Of a DNA stretch of 20,441 bases, positions 1 to 10,735 are shown piece by piece. Numbering within the stretch: position 1 is the first letter of the stretch; every line of letters begins with the position of its first letter. The notes under the pieces are model-generated. The model was given only the letters and a program-made list of their open reading frames with translations. It was not told where the DNA came from and made no database searches. The translations under genes were made by a program, and so were the position numbers. Source of the stretch: Chiloscyllium plagiosum (lineage: Eukaryota); NCBI RefSeq assembly GCF_004010195.1, contig NC_057719.1:48630441-48650881 (forward strand), given 5' to 3'.

Positions 1-101
1 GATTTTGTAGATACAGAACAGTGTGGTGGGGTCACACGCAGTGTGACATGAAGCCAAGATGAGGCAGTCTTCATGGGTATGGACCTTGGTTATCAGTTTC
101 T
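1..101 (-). mobile_element. Inverted segment of the adjacent Penelope-like element (ORF end and start of 3' UTR), truncated by the window edge
   Basis: Reverse complement of 1-101 (agaaactgataaccaagg...ttcatgtcacactgcgtgtgaccccaccacactgttctgtatct) aligns with 743-850 (agaaaccggtagccaagt...ttcatgtcacactacgtgtgaccttaccacactgttcggtatct). An inverted 3'/pLTR segment at the 5' junction is typical of PLE insertions. Confidence 0.85.
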
Positions 102-107
102 GTCTTT

Positions 108-1198
108 AGTATTTTGAAGGATGCCCTCATAAGAACTCATTGATCGCCAGTTCTGACATGCGACAGTGAAAAACCGCAACAACCTCATCAAAAGGCAGAC
201 ACAGGATATGACTGACGAAGTACTTCTCCAGAGCAGAGAGACTGCACCATGTTCTTCACAGCCTTCAGCATATCATCGATGATGGTGAGCATCTTGCCAA
301 GACCATCTCTGTGCATCCACTTCTCACCTTCAAACAACTGCCAAACCTTAAACAGACCATTGTTCGCAGCAAACAACCCAGCCTTCAGAACAACAGCAAT
401 CACGGCAACCTCTGCAAAACATGTCAGGTCATTGATATGGATACTACCATCACACATGAGAACATCACCCAACATGTACACGGCAGTTACTTATGTAACT
501 TGACCAATGTTGGCTATCTCATGTGCTGCAGGCAAGGATGCCCTGACGCATGGTATATTGGTGAGATCATGTAGAAGCTACAACAACAGATGAGTGAACA
601 TTGCACATAACAATCACCACACAGAAATGTTCCCTTCCAGTCAGGTAACACTTCAGCGGTCAAGGACATTCAGCCTCTGATCTTCAGGTAAGCATCCTCC
701 ATGGTAGACTTCAAGATACACAACAACACAGAATCACCAAGCAGAAACCGGTAGCCAAGTTCTGTAATGATGCAGAAGACCTCAACTGTGATTTTGGATT
801 CATGTCACACTACGTGTGACCTTACCACACTGTTCGGTATCTGTAAAAACATATTTTTCCAGTCATTTGGTTTGTCTCCAGCACCACCTTACTTTTAATT
901 TTTTGTAATTATCTCTCTGCTTTATTTAATCCGATTATAGGTCATCCCTTCACTTGTTATTCAGCTGTTGACACTTTAGTCACACTGTCTGACACACATC
1001 TCTGACCTGCAGAGACTTATTATGCGACAATTCAGTCACAGCAGTTATATAATCATTTGATCTCTCTGCCAATAAATTCTGTGACTGCATACTCTTCTCT
1101 CTCACTGCACCTGAAGAAGGGGCTGCACTCTGAAAGCTTGTGATTTCAAATAAACCTGTTGAACTATAACCTGATGTCGTGTGACTTCTGACTTTGTC
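108..1198 (+). mobile_element. Penelope-like retroelement, 5'-truncated and degenerate: linker, GIY-YIG endonuclease and 3' UTR/pLTR
   Basis: ORF 311-574 reads PLLTFKQLPNLKQTIVRSK...CKTC...NVGYLMCCRQGCPDAWYIGE, i.e. a Cys-rich linker plus the GIY-YIG motif. The relic frame ends GFMSHYV* near 818. Hammerhead motif at 1108-1142 and AATAAA at 1149-1154. Confidence 0.88.
1108..1142 (+). ncRNA. Minimal type I hammerhead ribozyme in PLE pLTR, core intact but stem II weakened
   Basis: CAC-CUGAAGA-A-GGGG-CUGCA-CUCU-GAAA-GC-UU-GUG: stem I CAC/GUG, core CUGANGA and GAAA, palindromic AAGCUU in place of stem III. Confidence 0.75.
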
Positions 1199-1247
1199 TG
1201 TATGTGTTTAAAAGGGGATTAATTGAGTAATACGTTGACAGTTAATG

Positions 1248-1516
1248 CTGTTTTAAGGTGATTGGAGGAAGATATAGGGGAGATAGCGGAGATGGGTTCT
1301 TTATGTAGAGAATGGTGGGTGCATGGAATGCACTGCTAGTGGTGGTAGTAGGGTCAGAGACATTAGGGACATTTAAGCAACTGCTGGACAAGCACTTGGA
1401 TGGCTATAAATTGAGGGGTATGTAAGTTAGGTTGGTCTTTGATTAAGATAAATGCTTGGCACAAAATCGTGGGCTGAAGGGCCTGTACTGTGCCATACTG
1501 TTCTATGTTGTATGTT
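1248..1516 (+). mobile_element. CR1-clade (HER1-like) LINE 3' end
   Basis: Relic of the ORF2 C-terminus (FKVIGGRYRGD...MVGAWNAL...TFK.LLDKHL), the 3' motif gggctgaagggcctgt at 1471-1486, and a (ttctatg)-like tail. Confidence 0.85.
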
Positions 1517-2059
1517 TACCTGTGGTGAGAATCTATTTATTTTTAATAATTAATAGTTCTTGTTAAGTGCAGAAACCTAGCCCGTGTTCTCTGTTATCCT
1601 GGGTCTATCAGGAGGAGAATTGAGGACTTGATGTACTTTGATAAAATGTTTAATTTTTGTCATGACTCCAGGTATAGTGGAGCACATTTTTATTTAAATA
1701 AGACATACAACTGAGGCATAACTGTTATTATAATGAGTGGTATATATAGGTCCTAACAGTTATGGCTTAGGCCGTGTTATATGTTTTCAAAATGCCTGTT
1801 TAATCTGGAACTGGACAACATTGTAGAAGATCTTCTCTATGATGCTGTGAAATCTGTCCATTGATACAGTACAGAATAGATCAACCTTTGACCCTTCTGT
1901 ACTACATATACCCTTTCCTGCAGTTACAGTATTAAAATTATTGGATCAACTTCCATGAATGTGCTGATGATACCTACAATTACTTTGCTGCCTTCTTTAT
2001 CAATTAGCTCGCTACCACATTCTCAAATCACTAGAGTAATGTCAAATGCAACACATGCC

Positions 2060-2308
2060 TAAGCATTGCCTCAGCTGAATCTTAACAAAATTGAGCTTCT
2101 ATTTGCACCTTGTCCTTGAGTACATCAATTTTTTTTTAGCTGCTATCACAATCTCAGTAAGAAAGTGCTTTTACCAGTGTCCCATTTAAATCTGAGCCTG
2201 ATTTTCTACCATGTATCCACTGCTTTATTGAAATTGCTTTCTTGCACTTCAGTACATCGCCTATCTCTCTCACTACTTCTTCGTTGAGTAGGAGAATTCC
2301 TTATCCAT
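2060..2308 (+). mobile_element. Old L2-clade LINE relic, left part, interrupted by a PLE
   Basis: PQLNLNKIELLF (2069-2104) resembles L2 LQLN..KTE; EFLIH (2294-2308) resembles the ETLIH of the L2 motif ETLIHAFVTSRLDYSN, which resumes after 3870. Confidence 0.6.
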
Positions 2309-3870
2309 TCAACCTCCTACCCAAAATTCACAAACCTGACTGTCCCCATCGACCCATCGTCTCAGCCTGCTCCTGCCCCACCAAACATATCTCTGCATAC
2401 CTTTACACCGCACTGGACATCCAGTCCCTGTACACATCCATCCGCCATGACGAAGGCCTCAAAGCTTTCAATTTCTTCCTCTCCCGCTGACCCAACCAGT
2501 ACTCTTCCACTGACACACTCATTCGATTGGCTGAACTGGTCCTCACCCTTAACGATTTCTCCTTCGAATCCTCCCATTCCTCCAGACCAAAGGAGTAGCC
2601 ATGAGCACCTGCATGGGCCCCAGTTATGTCTGCCTCTTCTTTAGCTACGTGGAACAGTCCATCTTCCAGAGTTACACTGGCACCATTCTCCACCTTTTCC
2701 TCCGCTACATCGATGACTGTATCGGCGCCACCTTGTGCTCCCACGAGGAGGTTGAACAGTTCATCAACTTCATGAGCACCTTCCACCCCGAGCTCAAGTT
2801 CACCAGGATCATCTTGGACACCTCTCTCCCCTTCCTGGACTTCTCCATCTCCATTTCTGGCGACCGACTCAACACGGACATCTACTTCAAACTCACCAAA
2901 TTCCACAGCTACCTGGATACACCTCCTCCCACTCTGCTATCTGTAAAAATACTATCCCTTATTCCTAATTCCTCGGCCTCTGCCGCATCTGCTCCCAAGA
3001 GGACTAATTCCACCACAGAATATCCCAGATGGCCTCCTTCTTCAAAGACTGCAATTTCCCCTCCCCCATGGTTGACAATGCCCTCCAGTACATCTCCTCC
3101 ACTTCCCACACCTCCACCCTTGAACCCCACCCCCCCGGCCCTCACCTTCTACCCCACTACCCCACCAATCTCCGGATAGAACGTATCATCCTCTGCCATT
3201 TCAGCCACCTACAATCAGACCCCACTACCAGGGATATATTTCTCTCCCCACTCCTATCTGCGTTCTGGAGGGGCCATTCCCTCTGCGATCCCCTTGGTAG
3301 GTCCACACACCCCCACCAACCAGCCCTCCACTCCCGACACCTTCCCGTGCCACGGCAAGAAGTGCAAAACCTGTGCCCACATCTCCCCCCTCACCTCCGT
3401 CCAAGGCCCCAAAGGATCTGACAGAGATTTACCTGGGCTTCCACACACATCATCAAACTCTGACAACCCAACGCCTGATGAAAGAACGCCTTATCTTCCG
3501 CCTCGGGACCCTCCAACTACATGGGATCAATGTGGATTTCACCAGTTTCCTAATTTCCCCTCCCCCACCTAATTCCAGATCCAACCTTCCAACTCAGTAC
3601 CACCTGCTTGAACTGTACTAACTGTCCATCTTTCTTCCCATCTATCCATTCCACCCTCCTCTCCAAATTATCATCATCACCCCCCACCACTTTCATCTAC
3701 CTATTATCTTCCCATCTACCTTTCCCCAGCCTCACCCCCTCCCTCCCATTTATTTCTCAGCCCCCTTGGGCCATCCCTCTCAATCCTGAGCTTATGCTCG
3801 AAACATCGACGCTCCTGTTCCTCGGATGCTGCCTGACTAACTGTGATTTTTCAGCAACATGCTCTTCGAC
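2309..3870 (+). mobile_element. Penelope-like retroelement, 5'-truncated, with frameshifted reverse transcriptase, deleted GIY-YIG core and pLTR
   Basis: LLPKIHKPDCPHRPIVS, DIQSLYTSI, (G)VAMSTCMGPSYVCLF, FLRYIDD and LPFLDF are PLE RT motifs. PCHGKKCKTC is the linker and ERLIFRLGTLQ.HGINVDF the C-terminus. pLTR text cgaaacatcgac...ggatgctgcctgac lies at about 3785-3870. Confidence 0.92.
3783..3810 (+). ncRNA. Degenerate hammerhead relic with core deletion
   Basis: ctgagcttatgctcgaaacatc keeps the GAGC-UUAU-GCUC hairpin followed by GAAA, but CUGANGA is truncated to CUGA overlapping the stem. Confidence 0.55.
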
Positions 3871-4086
3871 GCACTCCTGGTCTTGAATTGTCTAATGATC
3901 TGATGACCTCCTCGCATAATTCTCCACAAGCTTTAGTTCATGTAAAGTGCTCCAGCTCATATATTCGCTTGTATTCATTTTCACATTCCTTATCCTATTC
4001 TCTCCACCTCATTAGCTTCTCAAGTCTCAGAAAAGTGGTTTCAATGTTCTTGTCCTGGTTTCCAAATCTGTGCAGACCCTATCTCA
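3871..4086 (+). mobile_element. Old L2-clade LINE relic, right part
   Basis: TPGLELSNDLMT resembles TSRLDYSNALL, and FNVLVLVSKS resembles FKILILVFKS, continuing the L2 ORF2 from 2308. Confidence 0.6.
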
Positions 4087-4259
4087 TCCTTAGGCAGGAA
4101 TGGGTGAAGGTATGTTTAAAGCCCAATTTTAAAAGTTCAGATGACAATGAATAGTTTACACAATCTTCTGAACCTCCAGCAGTCTGATGCTTTTAAATTA
4201 CTTCACTGAATAAAAACTTCCATAAATTGGTTGGTCCTATGCCAGAATCAAAACAGTAC

Positions 4260-5220
4260 AGGATACATTAGCAGGCTATCAATTGTTGCAATAAATCACA
4301 TTAAGACCTGTCCACTGCCCTTGGAAAAAATCATTGTCAATTTTCCTTCTACACAATCACAAAAAACGTGATTCATTTTAAATTAATCCTTTTAATGTAC
4401 TTGCAGGTTAGACTTCAGATGGGCTGTATTATATTGACTCCTGCCTTAAGTGTGTATAATTTCAAATGACAAGCACTGATGTACATAAGTTTTATAATCT
4501 TGCTTTGTATAGTATCTATGGATGACATTAGCAGCGCAATAGCTGTTGTAAAAAAATGGAAATTAAATGCCATTGGCAGGATGGTCAAGGGCTTACTTCA
4601 TTTGGTGTCTCTTTGGCTTTAGGCTCTTTATTGAAGCTGATCGATCTCAGAAGAGCTTCATTTGATTTATTAGTAATGATGTGTGAATTTGTCTGTCAAG
4701 TTTGTAATGAGATCCAGACATCCCTGTTGGTGGCTGCAGATTTCAGCCTCCACTGGAGCTCAGAAATTGCCAGCCATGAGTTATAAGATCCATTATTTCT
4801 CCCCTTCCACACCTACTTGCTTCAGCAGAGTGGATGAGCTGGTTGGCTGCTGACTTCACTGCAACTATAAAAGGCATTTATCATTTTCAGCTCGACTCAT
4901 GTTTTCTGGAGCAGAATATGGAAAGCCTTTGTATTTTTAATCCTGTAAGACTGTAACAATTTATTGATGCTCATGTAATAAATATAATGGATTGTGATGT
5001 GGTGCTTATATGTTTGCTGGCTGCAATCAAAGACCAGCATTGTCATTTGAGTCTCAAACCAGGCTGCAATATTCAGTCAAGATTGGAGAGCTGTAGTCAA
5101 AGAACATGGGTCTTCTGTTTTAATAGATACAATTGTTTCCAGAAATCTTTATTTTTGCAAAAATCAACCCAAAATTCCATAATGACTTATTCATTCAAAG
5201 ATTCCTGTCATCATCTTTAA
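4260..5220. promoter_or_regulatory. Candidate conserved non-coding element or developmental enhancer
   Basis: No repeat recognised. TGATTTATTA (4663-4672) lies near CTGTCA (4693-4698). A second TGATTTATTG is on the minus strand (4289-4298) near TTGTCA (4334-4339). TCF-like ATCAAAG at 5026-5032 and TTCAAAG at 5194-5200. Conservation untested. Confidence 0.3.
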
Positions 5221-5551
5221 ATTTCTAATGTGTTCAAAGTAAAGCATTGGGCTTAATCTTTTCCTTTTTTTGATTGGGTCTGAATTGCATAGTTTTGTGG
5301 AGGTGTTCTTGCTTAACATGCTCTTATCCTGTCTTACCAAATGCACCTCAGAAATTGCCTACCACATGCTATGGCACTTATCGTGCCAACTTTTGCCCCA
5401 TCTCAGCACATGCTGTTCCCAGAACAACTCACTGCATCCTAGGTATCCTGAAATTCATCAGCATTGCACCATCTTTAAATGCCCATTGTGCACCCAGACA
5501 AGCACTGTTGGTCCAGAACTACCTTGCATGGTTGTTGACATTTGCCTGAAC

Positions 5552-5759
5552 ATGGCAGACAGGAGAATTTGCTGTCCTGGAGGTCCTGCTGTATGGAGTG
5601 GTGTTGATATAAGACTTTCTCTTCCACTGGAGGCGACTACATCAGACCACAGCACCTTCATCCTAGCTTTCCATCTGTTTTAATGCACTCTCAGCCAGGA
5701 GAGTTTGGAAGGATGGCCAGAAGTGTAGGAAGTTAGTCAATGTCCTTCTCTACTCCACT
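5552..5759 (+). pseudogene. Harbinger-type Myb/SANT-like (trihelix, NAIF1/MSANTD-like) protein, exon 1 relic
   Basis: ATG at 5552 (MADRR), then a shifted frame 5568-5759: FAVLEVLLYGVVLI*DFLF...NALSARRVWKDGQKCRKLVNVLLYST. This resembles the F...LEVLL..V....VLF ... QCRKK.NDL pattern. Two stops and one frameshift. Confidence 0.6.
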
Positions 5760-5871
5760 ATTTTAAATGCCATCATATTCTCTCCAATACTTTACATTCA
5801 CGCACTCTGTACTACTGTACTCACTTCTGACAAAGGCTCATGCTCTACTATTCTCACTAATGTCACTGACT

Positions 5872-6905
5872 TAGAGTCATAGAGATGTACAGCACAGAAA
5901 CAGACACTTCGGTCCATCTTGTCCATGCCCACAAGATATTCTAAGTTAATCTTGTCACATTTGCCAGCACTCGGTCCATATCCCTTTAAATTCTTCCTCT
6001 TCATATACCCATCCAAATGTCTTTTAAATGTTGTAATTGTATCAGCCTCCACCACTTCCAATGGCAGCTCATTCCACACATGCACCACCCTCTGTGTGAA
6101 AAAGTTGCCCCTCATGTCCCTTTGAAATCTTTCCACTCTCACCTTAAACCCATGCCCTCTAGTTTTGGAATCCCCCACTGCAGGGAGTCTATTAACCCTA
6201 TCCATGCCCCTCATGATTTTATCAATCTCCATAAGGTCATTCCTCAGCCTCCGATGCTCCAGGGAAAATAGCCCCAGTCCATTCGGCCTCTCCCCATAGC
6301 TCAAACCGCCCCCAACTCTGGCAACATTATCGTAAATCATTTCTGAATCCTTTCAAGTTTCACAACATTCTTCCTATAGCACAGAGACCAGAATTACAAA
6401 ATTGGTTTAATGTCCTGTACGGCCGCAACACAACCTCCCAACTCCTATAGCCAATGTACTTATCAATAAAGGAAAGCATACCAAATGCCTTCTTCACTAT
6501 GCTATCTACCTGTGATTCCACTTTCAAGGAACTATGTACCTGCACTCCAAGGTCTCTTTGTTCAACAACACTCCCCCGGACCTTACCATTAAGTGTATAT
6601 ATCCAGCCCTGATTTGCTTTTCCAAAATGCTGCATCTCATATTTATCTAAATTAAACTCCATCTACCACTGCTCAGCGCATTGGCCCACCTGATCACATC
6701 CCATTGTACTCTGAGGTAACCTTCTTCGCTATCCACTACACCTCCAATTTTAGTGTCGTCTGCAAACCTACTGATCATACTTCCTATGTCCACATCCATT
6801 TAGTTTATATAAATGATGCAAAGCAGTGGACCCAGCATTGATCCTTGTGGCACACCACTGGTCACAGGCCTCCAGTCTGCAAAGCAACCCTCTACCACCA
6901 CCTCT
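5872..6905 (-). mobile_element. CR1-clade LINE, 5'-truncated (RT C-terminal half to 3' tail)
   Basis: On the minus strand: VPQGSMLGP (about 6828-6854), FADDTKIGG (about 6740-6766), QRDLGVQVHSSLKV, LFSLEHRRLRNDLMEI, FFTQRVVHVWNELP, and the tail ctctatgactcta. Confidence 0.93.
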
Positions 6906-7038
6906 TCCCTCACTCACTCCAACTCCTGACATCATTAAAGCTGGATATCCTCTGCCCATCCTACTCAGTCAATACCAGCACCAACAACAAAGACCATCCA
7001 GTTTAATTTTTCATAACGCCTACCTGTCTCTCTTCTAG

Positions 7039-7140
7039 GAGAAAACAGACCACAATAGAGCAGAAAGACTCAAGACAAGTGGCATGTTGCCCAACATTTG
7101 TCTCTTTACCCTTTTTGAGGAGAAGATTGTGACTGTGACC
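7039..7140 (+). pseudogene. Harbinger-type Myb/SANT-like protein, exon 2 relic
   Basis: Acceptor ctgtctctcttctag (AG at 7037-7038) followed in frame by EKTDHNRAERLKTSGMLPNICLFTLFEEK, resembling the EK.AHN.RER.KTGGG.P....LTPFEE motif that follows the Myb domain in these proteins. Confidence 0.6.
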
Positions 7141-8024
7141 ATCTTGAGTGGAGTCTGGACAAGAATCAGAAGCTGCCATTGAGATTTACAATGAGAGTTG
7201 CCATTGCAGCATTAACATTCAGAAGCATCCTATAAGTGCTTCGGAGTTGTGCCATTTGGTTTCTTAGAGAATGGCACATGTCAGATGCCAATGTCTGTCG
7301 AAAGGGGGTGGCCATGGAGTGTGCCCTGAGATGTTGGTGACCAGTTTCTACCTTGGAGGTCATCTGGAGCAAGCATTGAGCCACATTGATCAGGTACACG
7401 CTCTGGTTTTCTCGTTCAGTTTTCCTGACGTTGAGCCTGTTTGGAGGGTTTGGTAAGATGGCAGTCTCACTATTAATGAGGTGAGTTGTGACATTTTCAA
7501 GACATATAATGTGCTTTAATCCACATCAACTGGCATCTCACAGCTGGCGTGTCACTTGTGAAAAGTGCAAAAAAATGGAACATCATCATCTCACAACCCT
7601 GTCACCTGGTTCTGCCACACATCTCACCAAAGCCCATGTCACTCAGAACCCTATAAGATTCTACCCATCCATTCATTTTCAAGATACAGAAAGATATGTA
7701 CAATAGTACTCCTGGATTTAACGAGATGATTTTTGACAGCCTTCTACCCTGCAAGTTTTTTTTGAATGGTTCAGTTTATATTTGATGTTAGAGTTGTTAA
7801 CTTATCAAATATCCTAAGAGCAAACTGCCTTGCCACAATCGTCTTGATTTTGATAAATGAAATCAGATTGGAAGAAATATGATTTGAATTAAACTTGGAA
7901 TATCTGGTTAGGTTATGAATTTTAGAATTTTAAACTCCTCATTGAAATTTGCCCCTATCTTAGTAAAAAGTAATTAGCAATTTGGCTAAAATGTAATTGC
8001 AATTAAAATGTATCAACAGTCGCT

Positions 8025-8260
8025 TGGCAATTTTTGAGTGTTCTGAGAAAGGAGACAAGCTATCACAGTTTTTGGTGTTATACTCATCAGTAAAATGCAC
8101 ATTTCAAAGGAGCAGCAATGTATGCTGTTTGAGAAAAGAATACTGATTGGTCAGTAAGTTGGCTTTGATTAAACAAGACATGGCCATGGAGAATGGGCCA
8201 GAGAACTACTTTCTCCCATGCAATGTTTAATTCAAAAAAAGGGTGCCATGTCTGGACATG
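8025..8260 (-). mobile_element. Penelope-like element: ORF end and pLTR, left part, split by a CR1 LINE
   Basis: Minus strand from 8260 reads HVQTWHPFFELN, continuing ...LCRQKE from 10419. A hammerhead relic lies at 8062-8093. Confidence 0.7.
8062..8093 (-). ncRNA. Degenerate hammerhead relic
   Basis: Minus strand CUGAUGA-GU-AUAAC-AC-CAAA-AACUGUGAU: CUGAUGA is intact (plus-strand 8084-8090) but GAAA has become CAAA. Confidence 0.45.
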
Positions 8261-10418
8261 CAGGGCAAGAATTATAGCTGGGGGAAAGACAATTATGATG
8301 TGATTAGGCCAGATTTAGGATGGATAGGATGGGGAAGAAGACTGCAGGGGATGGGCACAGTTGAAATGTGGAGCTTATTCAAGGATCAGCTACTGCGTGT
8401 CTTTGATAAGTATGTACCTGTCAGGCAGGGAGGAAGTTGTCGAGCATGGGAGCCATGGTTTACTAAGGAAGTTGAATCTCTTGTCAAGAGGAAGAAGAAG
8501 GCTTATGCTAGGATGAGATGTGATGGCTCAGTTAGGGTGCTTGAGAGTTACAAGTTACCAGGAAAGACCTAAAAAGAAAGCTAAGAAGAGCCAGGAGGAG
8601 ACAAGATAAGTCATTGGTGGATAGGACTAAGGAAAACGCTAAGGCCTTCTATAGGTATATCAGGAACAAAAGAATAACAAGAGAAACATCAGGGCCAATC
8701 AAGCATTGTAGTGGGAAATTGTGTGTGGAGTAAGAGAAGATAGGGGAAGTGCTAAATGAATATTTTTCATCAGTATTCACACTAGAAAAAGACAATGTGG
8801 TTGAGGAGAATACTGAGATACAGGCTACTAAACTAGATGGGATTGAGGTGCATAAGGAGGAAGTGTTAGCTATTCTGGAAAGTGTAAAAATAGATAAGTC
8901 CCCTGGGCTAGATGGGATTTATCCTAGGATTCTCTGGGAAGCCAGGAAGGAACTTGCTGACCCTTTGGCTTTGATCTTTACATCGTCATTGTCTACAGAA
9001 ATAGTGCCAGAAGACTGGAGGATAGCAAATGTTGTCCCCTTTTTCAAGAAGGGGTGTAGACACAGCCCTGGAAATTAAACACCTGTGAGCCTCACTTCGG
9101 TTGTGGGTAAAGCATTGGCAAGGGTCTTAAGAGATTGGATTTATAATCATCTAGAAAGGAATAAGTTGATTAGGGATAATGAACAGAGGTTTGTGAAGAG
9201 TAGGTCGAGCCTCACGAACCTTATTGAGTTCTTTGATAAGGTGACCAGGGTAAAGCAGTTGATGTGGTGTATATGGATTTCAGGAAGGCATTTGGTAAGG
9301 TTCCCTACAGTAGGCTATTGTACAAAATATGGAGGCATGAGATTGAGGGTGATTTAGTGATTTGGATCAGAAATTGACTAGCTGAAAGAAGACAGAGGGT
9401 GGTGTTAATGGGAAAAAATCATCCTGGACTTCAGTTACTAGTGGGGTACTGCAGGGATCTCTTTTGGGTCCACTGTCATTTGTCATTTTCATGGATGAGG
9501 GCATAAAAGGATGGATTAGTAAATTTGAGGATGACACTAAGGTTGGTAGAGTTGTGGATAGTGATGAAGGATGTTGTAGGTTACAGAGCGACATAGATAA
9601 GCAGCAGAGCTGGGCTGAGAGGTGGCATATGATGTTTAAGGCGGAAAAGTGTGAGGTGATTCACTTTGGAAGGAGTAACAGGAATGCAGAGTACTGGGCT
9701 AATGGTAAGATTCTTGGTAGTGTAGATGAGCAGAGAGATCTCGGTGTCAAGTACATAGTTCCTTGAAAGTTGGCACCCAGGTCTAGGGTTGTTAAGAAGG
9801 CATATGGTGTGTCAGCTTTTTATGGTAGAGGGATTGAGTTTTGGAACCATGCGATAATGCTGCAGCTGTACAAAACTCTGGCGTGGCCACATTTGGAGTA
9901 TTGCGTACAGTTCCGGTGACCACATTTTAGGAAGGATGTGGAAGCTTTGGAAAAGGTTCAGAGGAGATTTACTAGGATGTTGCATTTTATGGAGGGAAGG
10001 TCTTATTAGGAAAGGCTGAGGGACTTGAGGCTGCTTTCGTTAGAGAGAAGAAGGTTGAGAGGTGACTTAATTGAGACATACAAGATAATCAGAGGGTTAG
10101 ATAGGGTGGACAGTGAGAGCATTTTCTCTCAGATGGCAATGGCTAGCATGAGGGGACATCACTTTAAATTGAGGGGTGATAGATATAGGACAAATGTCAG
10201 AGGTAGTTTCTTTACTCAGAGAGTAGTAGGAGAGTGGGATGCACTGCCCTCAACAGTAATAGACTTGTGAACTTTAAAGGCATTTAAATGGTCATTGGAT
10301 AGGCATATGCACGAGAATGGAATAGTGTAGGAAGATGGGTTTCAAATTGATTCCACAGGTCAGCGCAATATCGAGGGCCGAAGGACCTGTACTGTGCTGT
10401 AATGTTCTATGTTCTGTG
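8261..10418 (+). mobile_element. CR1-clade (HER1-like) LINE, 5'-truncated ORF2 with RT; inactive
   Basis: PWFTKEV, KSPGLDGIYPRIL, PEDWRIANVVPFFKKG, SLTSVVGK, VLQGSLLGP, ISKFEDDTK (FADD mutated), QRDLGV, RRLRGDLIETYKI. 3' motif gggccgaaggacctgt and (gttctat)n tail. Many stops and frameshifts. Confidence 0.95.
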
Positions 10419-10735
10419 TTCCTTCTGCCTGCAGAGAACCGGTGTCTGTGCATGAATAAAGGTAGCATCTAGAAAATGTAAGTGCGCCGCACTGTGAGTC
10501 TGACTCATAAACTTAAAATGATTGTTTGTGTCATTCCTAGCACACTCAGGATTATTCTGCAAGTGATGTTGGATCATAGAATCACATCTAACATTGTGAG
10601 TTATACAAGCATGGGTTGGTTAAATATACAAAAACCAAGGGTAAGTGCTGTTGATTTAGTCCAGCAACCACTGGAACATGCAGCCGATGTAACCAGCATT
10701 CTACCAGTGTTGCAATTCAAATGCCACTTTACTTC
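10419..10735 (-). mobile_element. Penelope-like element GIY-YIG endonuclease relic, right part
   Basis: Minus strand SKVAFELQHW*NAGYIGCMFQWLLD* (YIG at 10683-10691), then an open stretch NVRCDSMIQHHLQNNPECARN...HFLDATFIHAQTPVLCRQKE. This is absent from the supplied ORF track. Confidence 0.75.

Larger units (their letters stand above)
5249..7666 (+). mobile_element. Degenerate non-autonomous PIF/Harbinger-like DNA transposon carrying a Myb/SANT-like gene relic
   Basis: Imperfect terminal inverted repeats gggcttaatcttt (5249-5261) and taagattctaccc (7654-7666), 9/13 match. Subterminal inverted 10-mer tcttaccaaa (5332-5341) / tttggtaaga (7449-7458). Two Myb-like exon relics inside. No DDE transposase seen. 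Confidence 0.55.

Noticed and set aside
2403..2906. 167-aa minus-strand ORF, and the 100-aa one at 17732-18034
   Set aside because: Antisense shadows of PLE coding sequence with no independent protein motifs.
3475..3490. CTGATGA resembling a hammerhead core
   Set aside because: It lies inside the PLE coding relic (RLMKER) with no stem II plus GAAA after it. The isolated CTGANGA words near 1964, 3900, 14627, 14741 and 15739 fail the same test.
4632..4660. Small hairpin TGAAGCT...AGCTTCA containing the palindrome GATCGATC
   Set aside because: A 7-bp stem is too short to support a structured RNA call.
5270..5683. 137-aa plus-strand ORF
   Set aside because: No recognisable domain in this frame; the Myb-like similarity is in a different, interrupted frame.
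5863..6918. Possible TSD tcactgact / tcactcact around the minus-strand CR1
   Set aside because: Imperfect, offset a few bases from the apparent 5' end, and within cact-rich flanks.
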